Below, piece by piece: positions 12,671 through 26,610 of a DNA stretch of 64,000 nt. The notes beneath the pieces were generated by a model. That model worked only from the letters and a program-made list of their open reading frames with translations, was not told where the DNA came from and did not search any database. Origin of the DNA: Ophelia neglecta. Lineage: Eukaryota. The number at the start of each line of letters is the position of its first letter. The stretch's first letter is position 1. The translations under genes and the position numbers were made by a program. The stretch lies in contig OZ260661.1 of the NCBI GenBank assembly GCA_965285935.1, positions 33,108,001 to 33,172,000 of the forward strand, given 5' to 3'.

Positions 12671-13315
12671 GTTACCAACAACAGGTTGGGACAGAAATTT
12701 AAATTTAATGAAATTTGGTTGGAGTTTGGTTTGCTGAGGGGTGGAAAATTGTACATAGCCAGGAAATTGTCTTCATTATTTTGGCCATATATATTATTTA
12801 TTTAATAAAAATACCTCAGACAATATGTAAGTGAAATTAGGATTTGTTAAATCCTATATTCCGCAAGGTTTACAAAGATTTAACAAACGATTGACAACTC
12901 CGTTTAAGACTGTACGTGTGTATGTTCCAGTTGCAATTTTTTAACACTTATGTAGTAAAAGACTGTAATGTAATTTAAAGATCGATGTATTCCGAAAAAA
13001 TTGTGAAATTGATAATAATGGAAAAAGTCCGGGAAAAATAAAAGACGACTTTTAATCAAAGTACACATTATTATATAGTGCCCTTACAGCTTGATTTGTT
13101 GTGTTTGCCCGCAATTCTCATCGTATCGAGTGCAGGTAGTCCCGCCGCGAAATATGCGCCATCGAGATTCTGCGAGAGTTGATGCCATGCTCCAGCCCTT
13201 ATTTTTGGAACCAGGGGAGGTTTCCAAATCTATTTTCATCTTGATTAAAATCCATCAAATGGGGAATATTTGTATATCTTTTATTTGTAGAGAAGCACTA
13301 GACTATAACCAAGTG

Positions 13316-13842
13316 ATTATTTTTTGATTTATTGCACCTGTCCAAAAAGGGCAGGTCAAGAAAGGGCCTGGTTTATGTGTACTTTGGCATTTGGTACATC
13401 TAAAACGGCCCCTATCGTGTTGTGAGTCGGTGATGGAAGAAATGCAGTCAGCAGCCTCCGAAAAAAGAGAACGAAGAGCAGCAAACACACCATGCACAAG
13501 CATCAAAGTTCAAGATATGAAAAAAAGTATGGAAGGTATAATAGAGCCGACGGGAATGCAGAAACAATAGTTTGCTAGAGCGGAAAACGCACAAAAAGTA
13601 AAACTGGTTCCCCAAAATCGGGGGTGGAGACTCCTGCAAAAGTATGTGCAAGACATGGGACATAGAAACACAAGAGGCGGGAGATGGGCCTAGATGGATG
13701 GAACTTCATTACAACCTCTACCGTTAAAACACAGCTGACCGGGGGTGAGAAAGCAAGACAGGATCTTTACAATAGGTATCTGAACGAGCCAAACGCCTGG
13801 ACCCATGGCTTCAGCTCTAGTCCACGAGCTTTACTCGACCGG
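13316..13842 (-). mobile_element. Possible retroelement 3' fragment at the end of each array unit
   Basis: GC-richer segment ending on the minus strand in AATAAA plus an A-rich tail (GCAATAAATCAAAAAATAA). It is absent from the homologous region at 43860. Family not identified. Confidence 0.3.
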
Positions 13843-16800
13843 ATACAGCGGATGTGGAGGGTATATCGATACATTCGAAAATAAATCATCACCCCACAGG
13901 AAGCAATGTTAAATCCTACAAACCACAAGAGGAGGTAAGTGGCACCGAACCCACAGAGTGCCCGTACGATGGAGCGGTCTGGCTGTCTAAACTGACATTC
14001 TGGTGAGTTCAGTGTGTTTTGCAAGAAATCTCTTCACTGTTGCAAACGACCAGAGCTATGTCACTAGAGGGCTTTGTGTTAACAGAAGAAAACGAAAGGC
14101 GAAAGCAGCATTTGAAGCACAATAATCTATAATATCCGTCATTTTATAACCGAACCCTTACCCAAACATCTTGGTTATACCATTAGCCGCAGACAAATAA
14201 ACATATAAATTCGATTGATCTCTCTATAACTAGTGTATAAAAGTATCGAAATCTTTCAGAAAAATAATAAACTTGGTATTATTAATTTCTTCGTATCCAC
14301 TCGTGTTATTACACCGGTTTCACGACAAGATGGTGCCAACCAATGATATCAAGTTCACCTGTTTAGAAAAGAGATTTTTTATTTAAAAAAAAGGCATACT
14401 TGCTAAGGTTTTAGTGTCATTTCTGATCAAAGTCACTTCCCTGAAGTTGCCAGAGTCGCGCATAACGTCTTTGTACTACAGCTAAGAAAGCGAATAACGA
14501 GTACACCTAAAATTCTAATGTAAGTACCAGGCGCTAAGCCCCACAGCTAATTCTGCGATCTTGAAAAGCTACATGCACATTGTACCGCATGCTTCACACT
14601 GTCAAGTAGTACAAACGTGGTTGTGCTTTATTTTCTATCGGTTATGCCAAGCTCTTGACTATATATAATTTTGCAGTAAAGCCAATTAGTTAATGCATCA
14701 ATTCAGCTCTGAATTTTCCCTATACCAATTGTATTATTTGTTAGCTTGATGCCACAGTGGATATTAATTCCAGTACGTGCAATGTTTATTGCGAACAGTT
14801 TTGCGTCCACATTTGGAAGGAATGCCTAATTCCAGAATGATAAAAGACATAACATAAGAAAGAATGAAAAGCCTGCATGGTGACTGTTCGGTTCGGATAT
14901 GATTAAAAGTCTTCTCATTTTTCATGAAACTAACACTGCCAAACCGATACACCACAATGACAACCTTTTACCAACACCCTTTCCCCATCTCTTAATAATA
15001 TTTTTTCAATTTCTCTCACCACCATCTAGTATGTAGCAGGAGTGTCCTGATGATTGCTTAACTATTTATTGGAATACTCTTTATAAATGAATTTGTTTTG
15101 TTTACCTGGTATCCACCCTCGCTATTTTGCCATAACTTTGAATCAGCCCCTTCGACCGCAAACGATTTTAAATGCTTAACACGGGTGACACTAGTTTACC
15201 CCTACCAATTACTTTCGGCAGTTCCTCCTTTGCGACTTTACATAGCCAACCTCCTTCTGCTTCAATTTTCTGCAAATACGTACACATTTTTGCCATTGTC
15301 ACCAGTCGCTTATCATCTTCAATGTAAACATTTAAAAAAAGTTCTCCTAAACCCCATTAAATTTGACTTGTACTTTTTGCTGTTTATATTAAGTTTCAGT
15401 CAAGTAAGGTGACTCATTTCAATCATCTTTGGTTCAGTGAACACCTTTGATGGTGTTCCCAAGAGCGTTCGGTTAACCAAAGTTTCATTGTACACTTGAG
15501 ATCATGTGACCTTTACTGGCACCAGTTATTTGACATAGTCTGCGAAACCTTGTCGTCATCGTGTTTCGCCGTGATGCACCGTCAACCACTGCGAACCTTT
15601 CTGCATGTCGGGACTTTGTGCATTTGACACTGGTGGAGTTACGGTCGACAAAGGATTGCGCTCGCACACTGTCTCGAATATATTATAAAACTGAAAAGGG
15701 ATGGTTTCAAGAAAGTTTAAGCTTTTTAATTTTTAATTCTTGCTTTAATGATTTAGCCCGATTTTGATTGGTAACATAGTTAATTTCCTGATGGGAAAGC
15801 CAAGCAGCAATGCGACTTCAACAATGCTATTCCCTGGAAAACTAGTGGGACTTACTGTGTTGTACTACTTTTACTCCTCTGTGAAGTTCTTCATTTCTTA
15901 GCTTTTAGGAATGACATTGGGAATTGTTCATACAGGCATCATACATCAGAAGGTTACCAACAACAGGTTGGGACAGAAATTTAAATTTAATGAAATTTGG
16001 TTGGAGTTTGGTTTGCTGAGGGGTGGAAAATTGTACATAGCCAGGAAATTGTCTTCATTATTTTGGCCATATATATTATTTATTTAATAAAAATACCTCA
16101 GACAATATGTAAGTGAAATTAGGATTTGTTAAATCCTATATTCCGCAAGGTTTACATAGATTTAACAAACGATTGACAACTCCGTTTAAGACTGTACGTG
16201 TGTATGTTCCAGTTGCAATTTTTTAACACTAATGTAGTAAAAGACTGTAATGTAATTTAAAGATCGATGTATTCCGAAAAAATTGTGAAATTGATAATAA
16301 TGGAAAAAGTCCGGGAAAAATTAAAGACGACTTTTAATCAAAGTACACATTATTATATAGTGCCCTTACAGCTTGATTTGTTGTGTTTGCCCGCAATTCT
16401 CATCGTATCGAGTGCAGGTAGTCCCGCCGCGAAATATGCGCCATCGAGATTCTGCGAGAGTTGATGCCATGCTCCAGCCCTTATTTTTGGAACCAGGGGA
16501 GGTTTCCAAATCTATTTTCATCTTGATTAAAATCCATCAAATGGGGAATATTTGTATATCTTTTATTTGTAGAGAAGCACTAGACTATAACCAAGTGATT
16601 ATTTTTTGATTTATTGCACCTGTCCAAAAAGGGCAGGTCAAGAAAGGGCCTGGTTTATATGTACTTTGGCATTTGGTACATCTAAAACGGCCCCTATCGT
16701 GTTGTGAGTCGGTGATGGAAGAAATGCAGTCAGCAGCCTCCGAAAAAAGAGAACGAAGAGCAGCAAACACACCATGCACAAGCATCAAAGTTCAAGATAT

Positions 16801-19800
16801 GAAAAAAAGTATGGAAGGTATAATAGAGCCGACGGGAATGCAGAAACAATAGTTTGCTAGAGCGGAAAACGCACAAAAAGTAAAACTGGTTCCCCAAAAT
16901 CGGGGGTGGAGACTCCTGCAAAAGTATGTGCAAGACATGGGACATAGAAACACAAGAGGCGGGAGATGGGCCTAGATGGATGGAACTTCATTACAACCTC
17001 TACCGTTAAAACACAGCTGACCGGGGTTGAGAAAGCAAGACAGGATCTTTACAATAGGTATCTGAACGAGCCAAACGCCTGGACCCATGGCTTCAGCTCT
17101 AGTCCACGAGCTTTACTCGACCGGATACAGCGGATGTGGAGGGTATATCGATACATTCGAAAATAAATCATCACCCCACAGGAAGCAATGTTAAATCCTA
17201 CAAACCACAAGAGGAGGTAAGTGGCACCGAACCCACAGAGTGCCCGTACGATGGAGCGGTCTGGCTGTCTAAACTGACATTCTGGTGAGTTCAGTGTGTT
17301 TTGCAAGAAATCTCTTCACTGTTGCAAACGACCAGAGCTATGTCACTAGAGGGCTTTGTGTTAACAGAAGAAAACGAAAGGCGAAAGCAGATTGCTGATG
17401 ATTGCTTAACTATTTATTGGAATACTCTTTATAAATGAATTTGTTTTGTTTACCTGGTATCCACCCTCGCTATTTAGCCATAACTTTGAATCAGCCCCTT
17501 CGACCGCAAACGATTTTAAATGCTTAACACGGGTGACACTAGTTTACCCCTACCAATTACTTTCGGCAGTTCCTCCTTTCCGACTTTACATAGCCAACCT
17601 CCTTCTGCTTCAATTTTCTGCAAATACGTACACATTTTTGCCATTATCACCAGTCGCTTATCATCTTCAATGTAAACATTTAAAAAAAGTTCTCCTAAAC
17701 CCCATTAAATTTGACTTGTACTTTTTGCTGTTTATATTAAGTTTCAGTCAAGTAAGGTGACTCATTTCAATCATCTTTGGTTCAGTGAACACCTTTGATG
17801 GTGTTCCCAAGAGCGTTCGGTTAACCAAAGTTTCATTGTACACTTGAGATCATGTGACCTTTACTGGCACCAGTTATTTGACATAGTCTGCGAAACCTTG
17901 TCGTCATCGTGTTTCGCCGTGATGCACCGTCAACCACTGCGAACCTTTCTGCATGTCGGGACTTTGTGCATTTGACACTGGTGGAGTTACGGTCGACAAA
18001 GGATTGCGCTCGCACACTGTCTCGAATATATTATAAAACTGAAAAGGGATGGTTTTAAGAAAGTTTAAGCTTTTTAATTTTTAATTCTTGCTTTAATGAT
18101 TTAGCCCGATTTTGATTGGTAACATAGTTAATTTCCTGATGGGAAAGCCAAGCAGCAATGCGACTTCAACAATGCTATTCCCTGGAATACTAGTGGGACT
18201 TACTGTGTTGTACTACTTTTACTCCTCTGTGAAGTTCTTCATTTCTTAGCTTTTAGGAATGACATTGGGAATTGTTCATACAGGCATCATACATCAGAAG
18301 GTTACCAACAACAGGTTGGGACAGAAATTTAAATTTAATGAAATTTGGTTGGAGTTTGGTTTGCTGAGGGGTGGAAAATTGTACATAGCCAGGAAATTGT
18401 CTTCATTATTTTGGCCATATATATTATTTATTTAATAAAAATACCTCAGAAAATATGTAAGTGAAATTAGGATTTGTTAAATCCTATATTCCGCAAGGTT
18501 TACATAGATTTAACAAACGATTGACAACTCCGTTTAAGACTGTACGTGTGTATGTTCCAGTTGCAATTTTTTAACACTAATGTAGTAAAAGACTGTAATG
18601 TAATTTAAAGATCGATGTATTCCGAAAAAATTGTGAAATTGATAATAATGGAAAAAGTCCGGGAAAAATTAAAGACGACTTTTAATCAAAGTACACATTA
18701 TTATATAGTGCCCTTACAGCTTGATTTGTTGTGTTTGCCCGCAATTCTCATCGTATCGAGTGCAGGTAGTCCCGCCGCGAAATATGCGCCATCGAGATTC
18801 TGCGAGAGTTGATGCCATGCTCCAGCCCTTATTTTTGGAACCAGGGGAGGTTTCCAAATCTATTTTCATCTTGATTAAAATCCATCAAATGGGGAATATT
18901 TGTATATCTTTTATTTGTAGAGAAGCACTAGACTATAACCAAGTGATTAGTTTTTGATTTATTGCACCTGTCCAAAAAGGGCAGGTCAAGAAAGGGCCTG
19001 GTTTATGTGTACTTTGGCATTTGGTACATCTAAAACGGCCCCTATCGTGTTGTGAGTCGGTGATGGAAGAAATGCAGTCAGCAGCCTCCGAAAAAAGAGA
19101 ACGAAGAGCAGCAAACACACCATGCACAAGCATCAAAGTTCAAGATATGAAAAAAAGTATGGAAGGTATAATAGAGCCGACGGGAATGCAGAAACAATAG
19201 TTTGCTAGAGCGGAAAACGCACAAAAAGTAAAACTGGTTCCCCAAAATCGGGGGTGGAGACTCCTGCAAAAGTATGTGCAAGACATGGGACATAGAAACA
19301 CAAGAGGCGGGAGATGGGCCTAGATGGATGGAACTTCATTACAACCTCTACCGTTAAAACACAGCTGACCGGGGGTGAGAAAGCAAGACAGGATCTTTAC
19401 AATAGGTATCTGAACGAGCCAAACGCCTGGACCCATGGCTTCAGCTCTAGTCCACGAGCTTTACTCGACCGGATACAGCGGATGTGGAGGGTATATCGAT
19501 ACATTCGAAAATAAATCATCACCCCACAGGAAGCAATGTTAAATCCTACAAACCACAAGAGGAGGTAAGTGGCACCGAACCCACAGAGTGCCCGTACGAT
19601 GGAGCGGTCTGGCTGTCTAAACTGACATTCTGGTGAGTTCAGTGTGTTTTGCAAGAAATCTCTTCACTGTTGCAAACGACCAGAGCTATGTCACTAGAGG
19701 GCTTTGTGTTAACAGAAGAAAACGAAAGGCGAAAGCAGATTGCTGATGATTGCTTAACTATTTATTGGAATACTCTTTATAAATGAATTTGTTTTGTTTA

Positions 19801-22800
19801 CCTGGTATCCACCCTCGCTATTTAGCCATAACTTTGAATCAGCCCCTTCGACCGCAAACGATTTTAAATGCTTAACACGGGTGACACTAGTTTACCCCTA
19901 CCAATTACTTTCGGCAGTTCCTCCTTTCCGACTTTACATAGCCAACCTCCTTCTGCTTCAATTTTCTGCAAATACGTACACATTTTTGCCATTGTCACCA
20001 GTCGCTTATCATCTTCAATGTAAACATTTAAAAAAAGTTCTCCTAAACCCCATTAAATTTGACTTGTACTTTTTGCTGTTTATATTAAGTTTCAGTCAAG
20101 TAAGGTGACTCATTTCAATCATCTTTGGTTCAGTGAACACCTTTGATGGTGTTCCCAAGAGCGTTCGGTTAACCAAAGTTTCATTGTACACTTGAGATCA
20201 TGTGACCTTTACTGGCACCAGTTATTTGACATAGTCTGCGAAACCTTGTCGTCATCGTGTTTCGTCGTGATGCACCGTCAACCACTGCGAACCTTTCTGC
20301 ATGGCGGGACTTTGTGCATTTGACACTGGTGGAGTTACGGTCGACAAAGGATTGCGCTCGCACACTGTCTCGAATATATTATAAAACTGAAAAGGGATGG
20401 TTTCAAGAAAGTTTAAGCTTTTTAATTTTTAATTCTTGCTTTAATGATTTAGCCCGATTTTGATTGGTAACATAGTTAATTTCCTGATGGGAAAGCCAAG
20501 CAGCAATGCGACTTCAACAATGCTATTCCCTGGAATACTAGTGGGACTTACTGTGTTGTACTAATTTTACTCCTCTGTGAAGTTCTTCATTTCTTAGCTT
20601 TTAGGAATGACATTGGGAATTGTTCATACAGGCATCATACATCAGAAGGTTACCAACAACAGGTTGGGACAGAAATTTAAATTTAATGAAATTTGGTTGG
20701 AGTTTGGTTTGCTGAGGGGTGGAAAATTGTACATAGCCAGGAAATTGTCTTCATTATTTTGGCCATATATATTATTTATTTAATAAAAATACCTCAGACA
20801 ATATGTAAGTGAAATTAGGATTTGTTGAATCCCATATTCCGCAAGGTTTAAATAGATTTAACAAACGATTGACAACTCCGTTTAAGACTGTACGTGTGTA
20901 TGTTCCAGTTGCAACTTTTTAACACTAATGTAGTAAAAGACTGTAATGTAATTTAAAGATCGATGTATTCCGAAAAAATTGTGAAATTGATAATAATGGA
21001 AAAAGTCCGGGAAAAATAAAAGACGACTTTTAATCAAAGTACACATTATTATATAGTGCCCTTACAGCTTGATTTGTTGTGTTTGCCCGCAATTCTCATC
21101 GTATCGAGTGCAGGTAGTCCCGCCGCGAAATATGCGCCATCGAGATTCTGCGAGAGTTGATGCCATGCTCCAGCCCTTATTTTTGGAACCAGGTGAGGTT
21201 TCCAAATCTATTTTCATCTTGATTAAAATCCATCAAATGGGGAATATTGTATATCTTTTATTTGTAGAGAAGCACTAGACTATAACCAAGTGATTATTTT
21301 TTTTATTTATTGCACCTGTCCAAAAAGGGCAGGTCAAGAAAGGGCCTGGTTTATGTGTATTTTGGCATTTGGTACATCTAAAACGGCCCCTATCGTGTTG
21401 TGAGTCGGTGATGGAAGAAATGCAGTCAGCAGCCTCCGAAAAAAGAGAACGAAGAGCAGCAAACACACCATGCACAAGCATCAAAGTTCAAGATATATAA
21501 AAAAGTATGGAAGGTATAATAGAGCCGACGGGAATGCAGAAACAATAGTTTGCTAGAGCGGAAAACGCACAAAAAGTAAAACTGGTTCCCCAAAATCGGG
21601 GGTGGAGACTCCTGCAAAAGTATGTGCAAGACATGGGACATAGAAACACAAGAGGCGGGAGATGGGCCTAGATGAATGGAACTTCATTACAACCTCTACC
21701 GTTAAAACACAGCTGACCGGGGGTGAGAAAGCAAGACAGGATCTTTACGATAGGTATCTGAACGAGCCAAACGCCTGGACCCATGGCTTCAGCTCTAGTC
21801 CACGAGCTTTACTCGACCGGATACAGCGGATGTGGAGGGTATATCGATACATTCGAAAATAAATCATCACCCCACAGGAAGCAATGTTAAATCCTACAAA
21901 CCACAAGAGGAGGTAAGTGGCACCGAACCCACAGAGTGCCCGTACGATGGAGCGGTCTGGCTGTCTAAACTGACATTCTGGTGAGTTCAGTGTGTTTTGC
22001 AAGAAATCTCTTCACTGTTGCAAACGACCAGAGCTATGTCACCAGAGGGCTTTGTGTTAACAGAAGAAAACGAAAGGCGAAAGCAGCATTTGAAGCACAA
22101 TAATCTATAATATCCGTCATTTTATAACCGAACCCTTACCCAATTTTCTTGGTTTTGTTCTTGATACAATTGGGTATGGGTGGGGTTATTATTGTGATTA
22201 TACTAGCTCATTTTAAGGCCCAGCTGTCAACCAGCGTTACCGTTCGGCGAGTACAACAGAGCTCTTGCTCATTTGCTGGAAATGCAGCTCGGTGAAGATA
22301 TATTCCTTCACCAGGCTATATTTAGCATATTTATCCCGATCATGATAAAAGACGGAATGTTGAATGCAGAACGGAATAGAGAATATTCTTTTATTCTGAT
22401 ATACAGAATTCGGCCTGCTGACATTGGTGAACAGAGTATATTGAAAGTATGTTTGCAGGAAAATATCTTTAAAAAGTCCTTCTAGTATTCTAGTATTCGT
22501 ATTCTAATAATTAGATCGATTTATCCCTAACATGGATCATTAACCCTTTTGGATGCCCTTATTTGTTAGTTTAATGTATTCTCGTACGTACTGAAAGTCA
22601 GTTGGTAAGGGCAGTTGAACTACGAAGTCGGCCGATAGCAGGTGCTTTCTATGTGCCGAAACCTTTCATTACTTCCGATAACCCCATTCGACTTTAATTA
22701 TGGCTACTAGATCTACAAATAGCGCTGAATCTGGATGTCACATAGTTGTTGCATCAATAATGCACTGATAGTATTTCAAATGTTTCAGATATTGTTAAAC

Positions 22801-25800
22801 ACATTTCCAGTCAGTGAGCTTCGGTTCGAGATCAGTTAAGATCTGAGAGCGTGTTAATTATCAGGCCGCTGTCTTCTGATGAACTCTAAAGATCTTGATC
22901 GCATGTGAGGAACTTAAATACTTTGATCCATGGTTGGGCTTGTTGGATATTCAAAAGAACTATTGGCCAGTGTATTTTACAAAATAAACCCTTTACCGTG
23001 GGTCGGCATGAGTCCACATATGCCCGGGAAGAAAAGTATCCCTTCTGGCCAACTTCGGTCCTGATATCACTGTACCCTAGGGTGTGATCCCACCCCCTAT
23101 CCCAGATTCTCCCTGGTGAGGGGATTCTGGAAATATGATTGGAAAGTTACATTACAACATTAACATCAACAAAATCAATTACAATGTTCACGCATTTCAA
23201 TACGAATATCACAAAATCACCCACCCTAAACTTGCTAAAAATTTTGTTTTCATGGTACTATGCATTTAGGTACATCAACATGCATAACATGTTTATCTTT
23301 TTTTACATGTGTTAATGTCAGCGTGGCATATAATTTGCATTCGCCCTTTGATAAATAAATTCTCGCTTTAATAGACGCTTCATCTGTATAATCGGCAAAT
23401 AGCTAAGCAGTGACTGTTCTGGTATAGCAGCTTTTGTATAATTATACCATTAGCCGCAGACAAATAAACATATAAATTCGATTGATCTCTCTATAACTAG
23501 TGTATAAAAGTATCGAAATCTTTCAGAAAAATAATAAACTTGGTATTATTAATTTCTTCGTATCCACTCGTGTTATTACACCGGTTTCACGACAAGATGG
23601 TGCCAACCAATGATATCAAGTTCACCTGTTTAGAAAAGAGATTTTTTATTTAAAAAAAAGCATACCTGCTAAGGTTTTAATGTCATTTCTGATCAAAGTC
23701 ACTTCCCTGAAGTTGCCAGAGTCGAGCATAACGTCTTTGTACTACAGCTAAGAGAGCGAATAACAAGTACACCTAAAATTCTAATGTAAGTACCAGGCGC
23801 TAAGCCCCACAGCTAATTCTGCGATCTTGATCCAAACGCCTGGACCCAAGGCTTCAGCTCCAATCCACGAGCTTTAAGGTGACTCAGCATTATAGTAGTC
23901 CAAATCCCCATACTTCTACCAGTGGTCAGCAGCGATCCCAAACGGCAGATACACAAAATAATAAACACCGAGACACCGTGTCTAATTCGGGACCATCGAA
24001 ATCAAACTCGGATCGACAGTTTCGAGCGGGGACTGTGATGCCAAGGCCTTATACTTCCTCCCCCACCAAACGCCGTGGACCCGTTAAATGTACGCATGCT
24101 TGTCTAGTGTAATTGTATTCAGGGTAACAAATATAGAACTGACTTCCTGGAAACAGTGAATCCTTAAATTCGCCCTGTAGTGTACGGGGGTCTCACTAAC
24201 ACTAAGATACTTTAAGGTGATTTTGAATTGGTAGCGCCTAAAGTTCTTACTGTAAAAACAGCTCTCAAAACGAACTGATCACCAGCAACAAAATATAGCC
24301 AACATTTGATCAACTTATACATTTTGTAGACGGAACGAATAAGGACATAGCATTCACTGTGAGTACGTTGCTAGCAAGACAGAAGAAATAGCGAAGAGCA
24401 CTGTCCTTGGTTTCTGTCAATGTTTGCACGAAAAAAAGAGTAAACACAGTGTTATACTTGTGCATTGGTCCTCTTTGAGGTGCTGTTCTGCACAGGCGCT
24501 TGTATTTCTCATAAATTATAAGTATATTCATTCCCATATATATCCACATCAGACCACATGTTATATTATATACAATTTATTGATTAGTGTGTCGGTGCCT
24601 TTAAACCTAGCCATGATCATTTCGAAATCAGGTGCCCTTCTATTTCAGTTAATTGTTCAATGACCAAGAGGGCCAGAGTCTCTGGACGTGAAGCCTCGTT
24701 TGTCCTCCACAGTCCCACCCATTACCACCCATAGATATGCATATGGTTTATCAGAAGTAGGGCGCACGAAGCGAAGGAAAACCAAACTCTTTATAATTCG
24801 CCACATGATTACAGACATATTTATTGTAGTTATTGCTAACTTATGCAGAGTAGCAGCTTTTTGAACACCCTTGTTGAATCCATTTTGCCTTGCAGAATAG
24901 AAATATGTTTGGATACTGTAAAACTAATTGGACAAGTGTCTAAATTAATAATTATTCAGTTGTGTACCTTGCTGTCTAAGGTGGTAACATGAACATTAAC
25001 TGAGGTGTTGTAAATCAAGGAGTACATTTTGCTGAAGAAACCACGTTTCCAGAACGCCATCGCATGCCTGCAGAGTGGTTACTGAAATAAGCGCAGAGGC
25101 GCAGTGTTTGGTTGATCATACTTCTACATTAGCAAGCAACGTACATTTATTATTGAAAGAATCTTTAATGTGTGAAAATGGAAGGCAAATATACAACAAA
25201 TGGAAAGACCAACCCAGTTTACACTGTGGATATAGACGACACCTCGATAATGAATGATCCTTTCATGGGATGCACGAGCGAATCGTATACACTGCACCAA
25301 GGGAGTTGTGGTGACGAACTGTTAGAATGCCCGTACGTAGGAGCGGCTTGGATTTCTAAGCCGACTTTCTGGTGTGTATACTGTAGCAATTAGTAAATAT
25401 TCCAGGGGGCAAGGATATTGCTTCGAGCCCATTTTGTTAGAAGAGATTTATTAGCATTTTAAGGCCCCAGCCTATATTCCGATGTTACAAAATTGGAAAT
25501 GAAATAAATGTTACTACTTATTGTAATAAGCACGTTATAATAAGCATTTTAGTTTAATTTGTAAGAGGTGATATAATGTTATCCCTTACTTCAATACATT
25601 GAACCATGAGTTATTACCCTCATAGTGAAATTCAGTACCTTCCCGCAGTGCTACACATAATTTTGAAAGTATCCCTATTATTATGCTGGGTTCGTTGAAG
25701 GTTTCTTTTAGTCAAGTGATGCAAGGAGGATCGTCGTACGCATTAGTCATAATAATATAATAATAGTTATGGATAATTATAATTAATTTAGGAAAATCCC

Positions 25801-26540
25801 CTGGACATCGCATGCACCGCTAAGGACACCATCGGCTTCAAATACAATCTATGTTATAATTCTTCATTAAAATGGACCAATTACTCACCGAATCACTGCC
25901 ATGAAAATAATTACAAATACCATGAAATGTGTATAAAAATAAGGATACGTTGATCTTTTCTCCATTCCCGTCTTATTTAATTAAAATCAAATAAGCAGTG
26001 CGACGTTCGGTGCACATTGTAAGTAGGTCCACCCTTGTTTATTTGATCAAAATAAGTTCTATTGGCTGGGCATTGTTTGGTGTTTCTTATTTTGAAATCG
26101 GACTATAAACACATGAAAAAAGAGCATATAAACTGTTTAAAATAACGAGGAGACTTGAAAGATATTGAAAGTAGGTCAACTCATACCTGACTATAGCGTG
26201 GTTGATTTCAAGTAGTCATTTATCTTTACATTACCTATATGGAATAAAAGACTGCAACGTTTTGTTTTTGCATGGGCGACGTGAACAAAATAAAAGGCAC
26301 CAAATTAATACATGTATATATGTTTCAAAGTACGGTTCAAAAGAATATTAAATACTCCGGAATTAAAAGTAACCACATGATAAATGAAAGCACAGAAGTC
26401 TAAAGGAAAGCAACACATGATAAAAATTGTAAAATGTAAAACTAATGGTGGCAATCATTTCTAAGTATTGGACGTTAGCCAGCAAGCACATAATTAAGGC
26501 TGCCTTTTGGAAATTAATTTAAAAAAATACTTTTTTGTTA

Positions 26541-26610
26541 TTAGTTTAGTTTAAACATATTTATTTATTCTGGATCTCCCCAATAGCCAAGGCTAATCGA
26601 GGGGGATCGC
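26541..26610 (-). mobile_element. LINE (CR1-like) 3' tail fragment
   Basis: The minus strand reads hairpin-like GATCCCCCTCGATTAGCCTTGGCTATTGGGAGATCCAG followed by AATAAATAAATATGTTTAAACTAAACTAA. A related tail lies at about 57223-57275. Confidence 0.45.

Larger units (their letters stand above)
9279..23830 (+). repeat. Recent tandem array, 5 near-identical units with nested internal deletions
   Basis: Units start at ATACAGCGGATG: 9279 (4564 bp), 13843 (3282), 17125 (2348), 19473 (2348) and 21821 (partial, to 23830). The same short ORFs recur in the ORF track at these offsets. ATG-less copies of exon 1a with donor lie at 13843-14002, 17125-17284, 19473-19632 and 21821-21980. Confidence 0.95.

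Noticed and set aside
13843-21980. Dscam-like cassette of alternative exons formed by the exon-1a copies
   Set aside because: The copies are essentially identical, have no in-frame ATG, have an upstream in-frame TAG, and I saw no phase-2 acceptor that would keep the frame.
9731-23087. Recurrent 60-105 aa ORFs in the array as a small-protein family
   Set aside because: Recurrence reflects DNA duplication. Many start at non-ATG codons, are broken by indels between units and have no recognisable domains.
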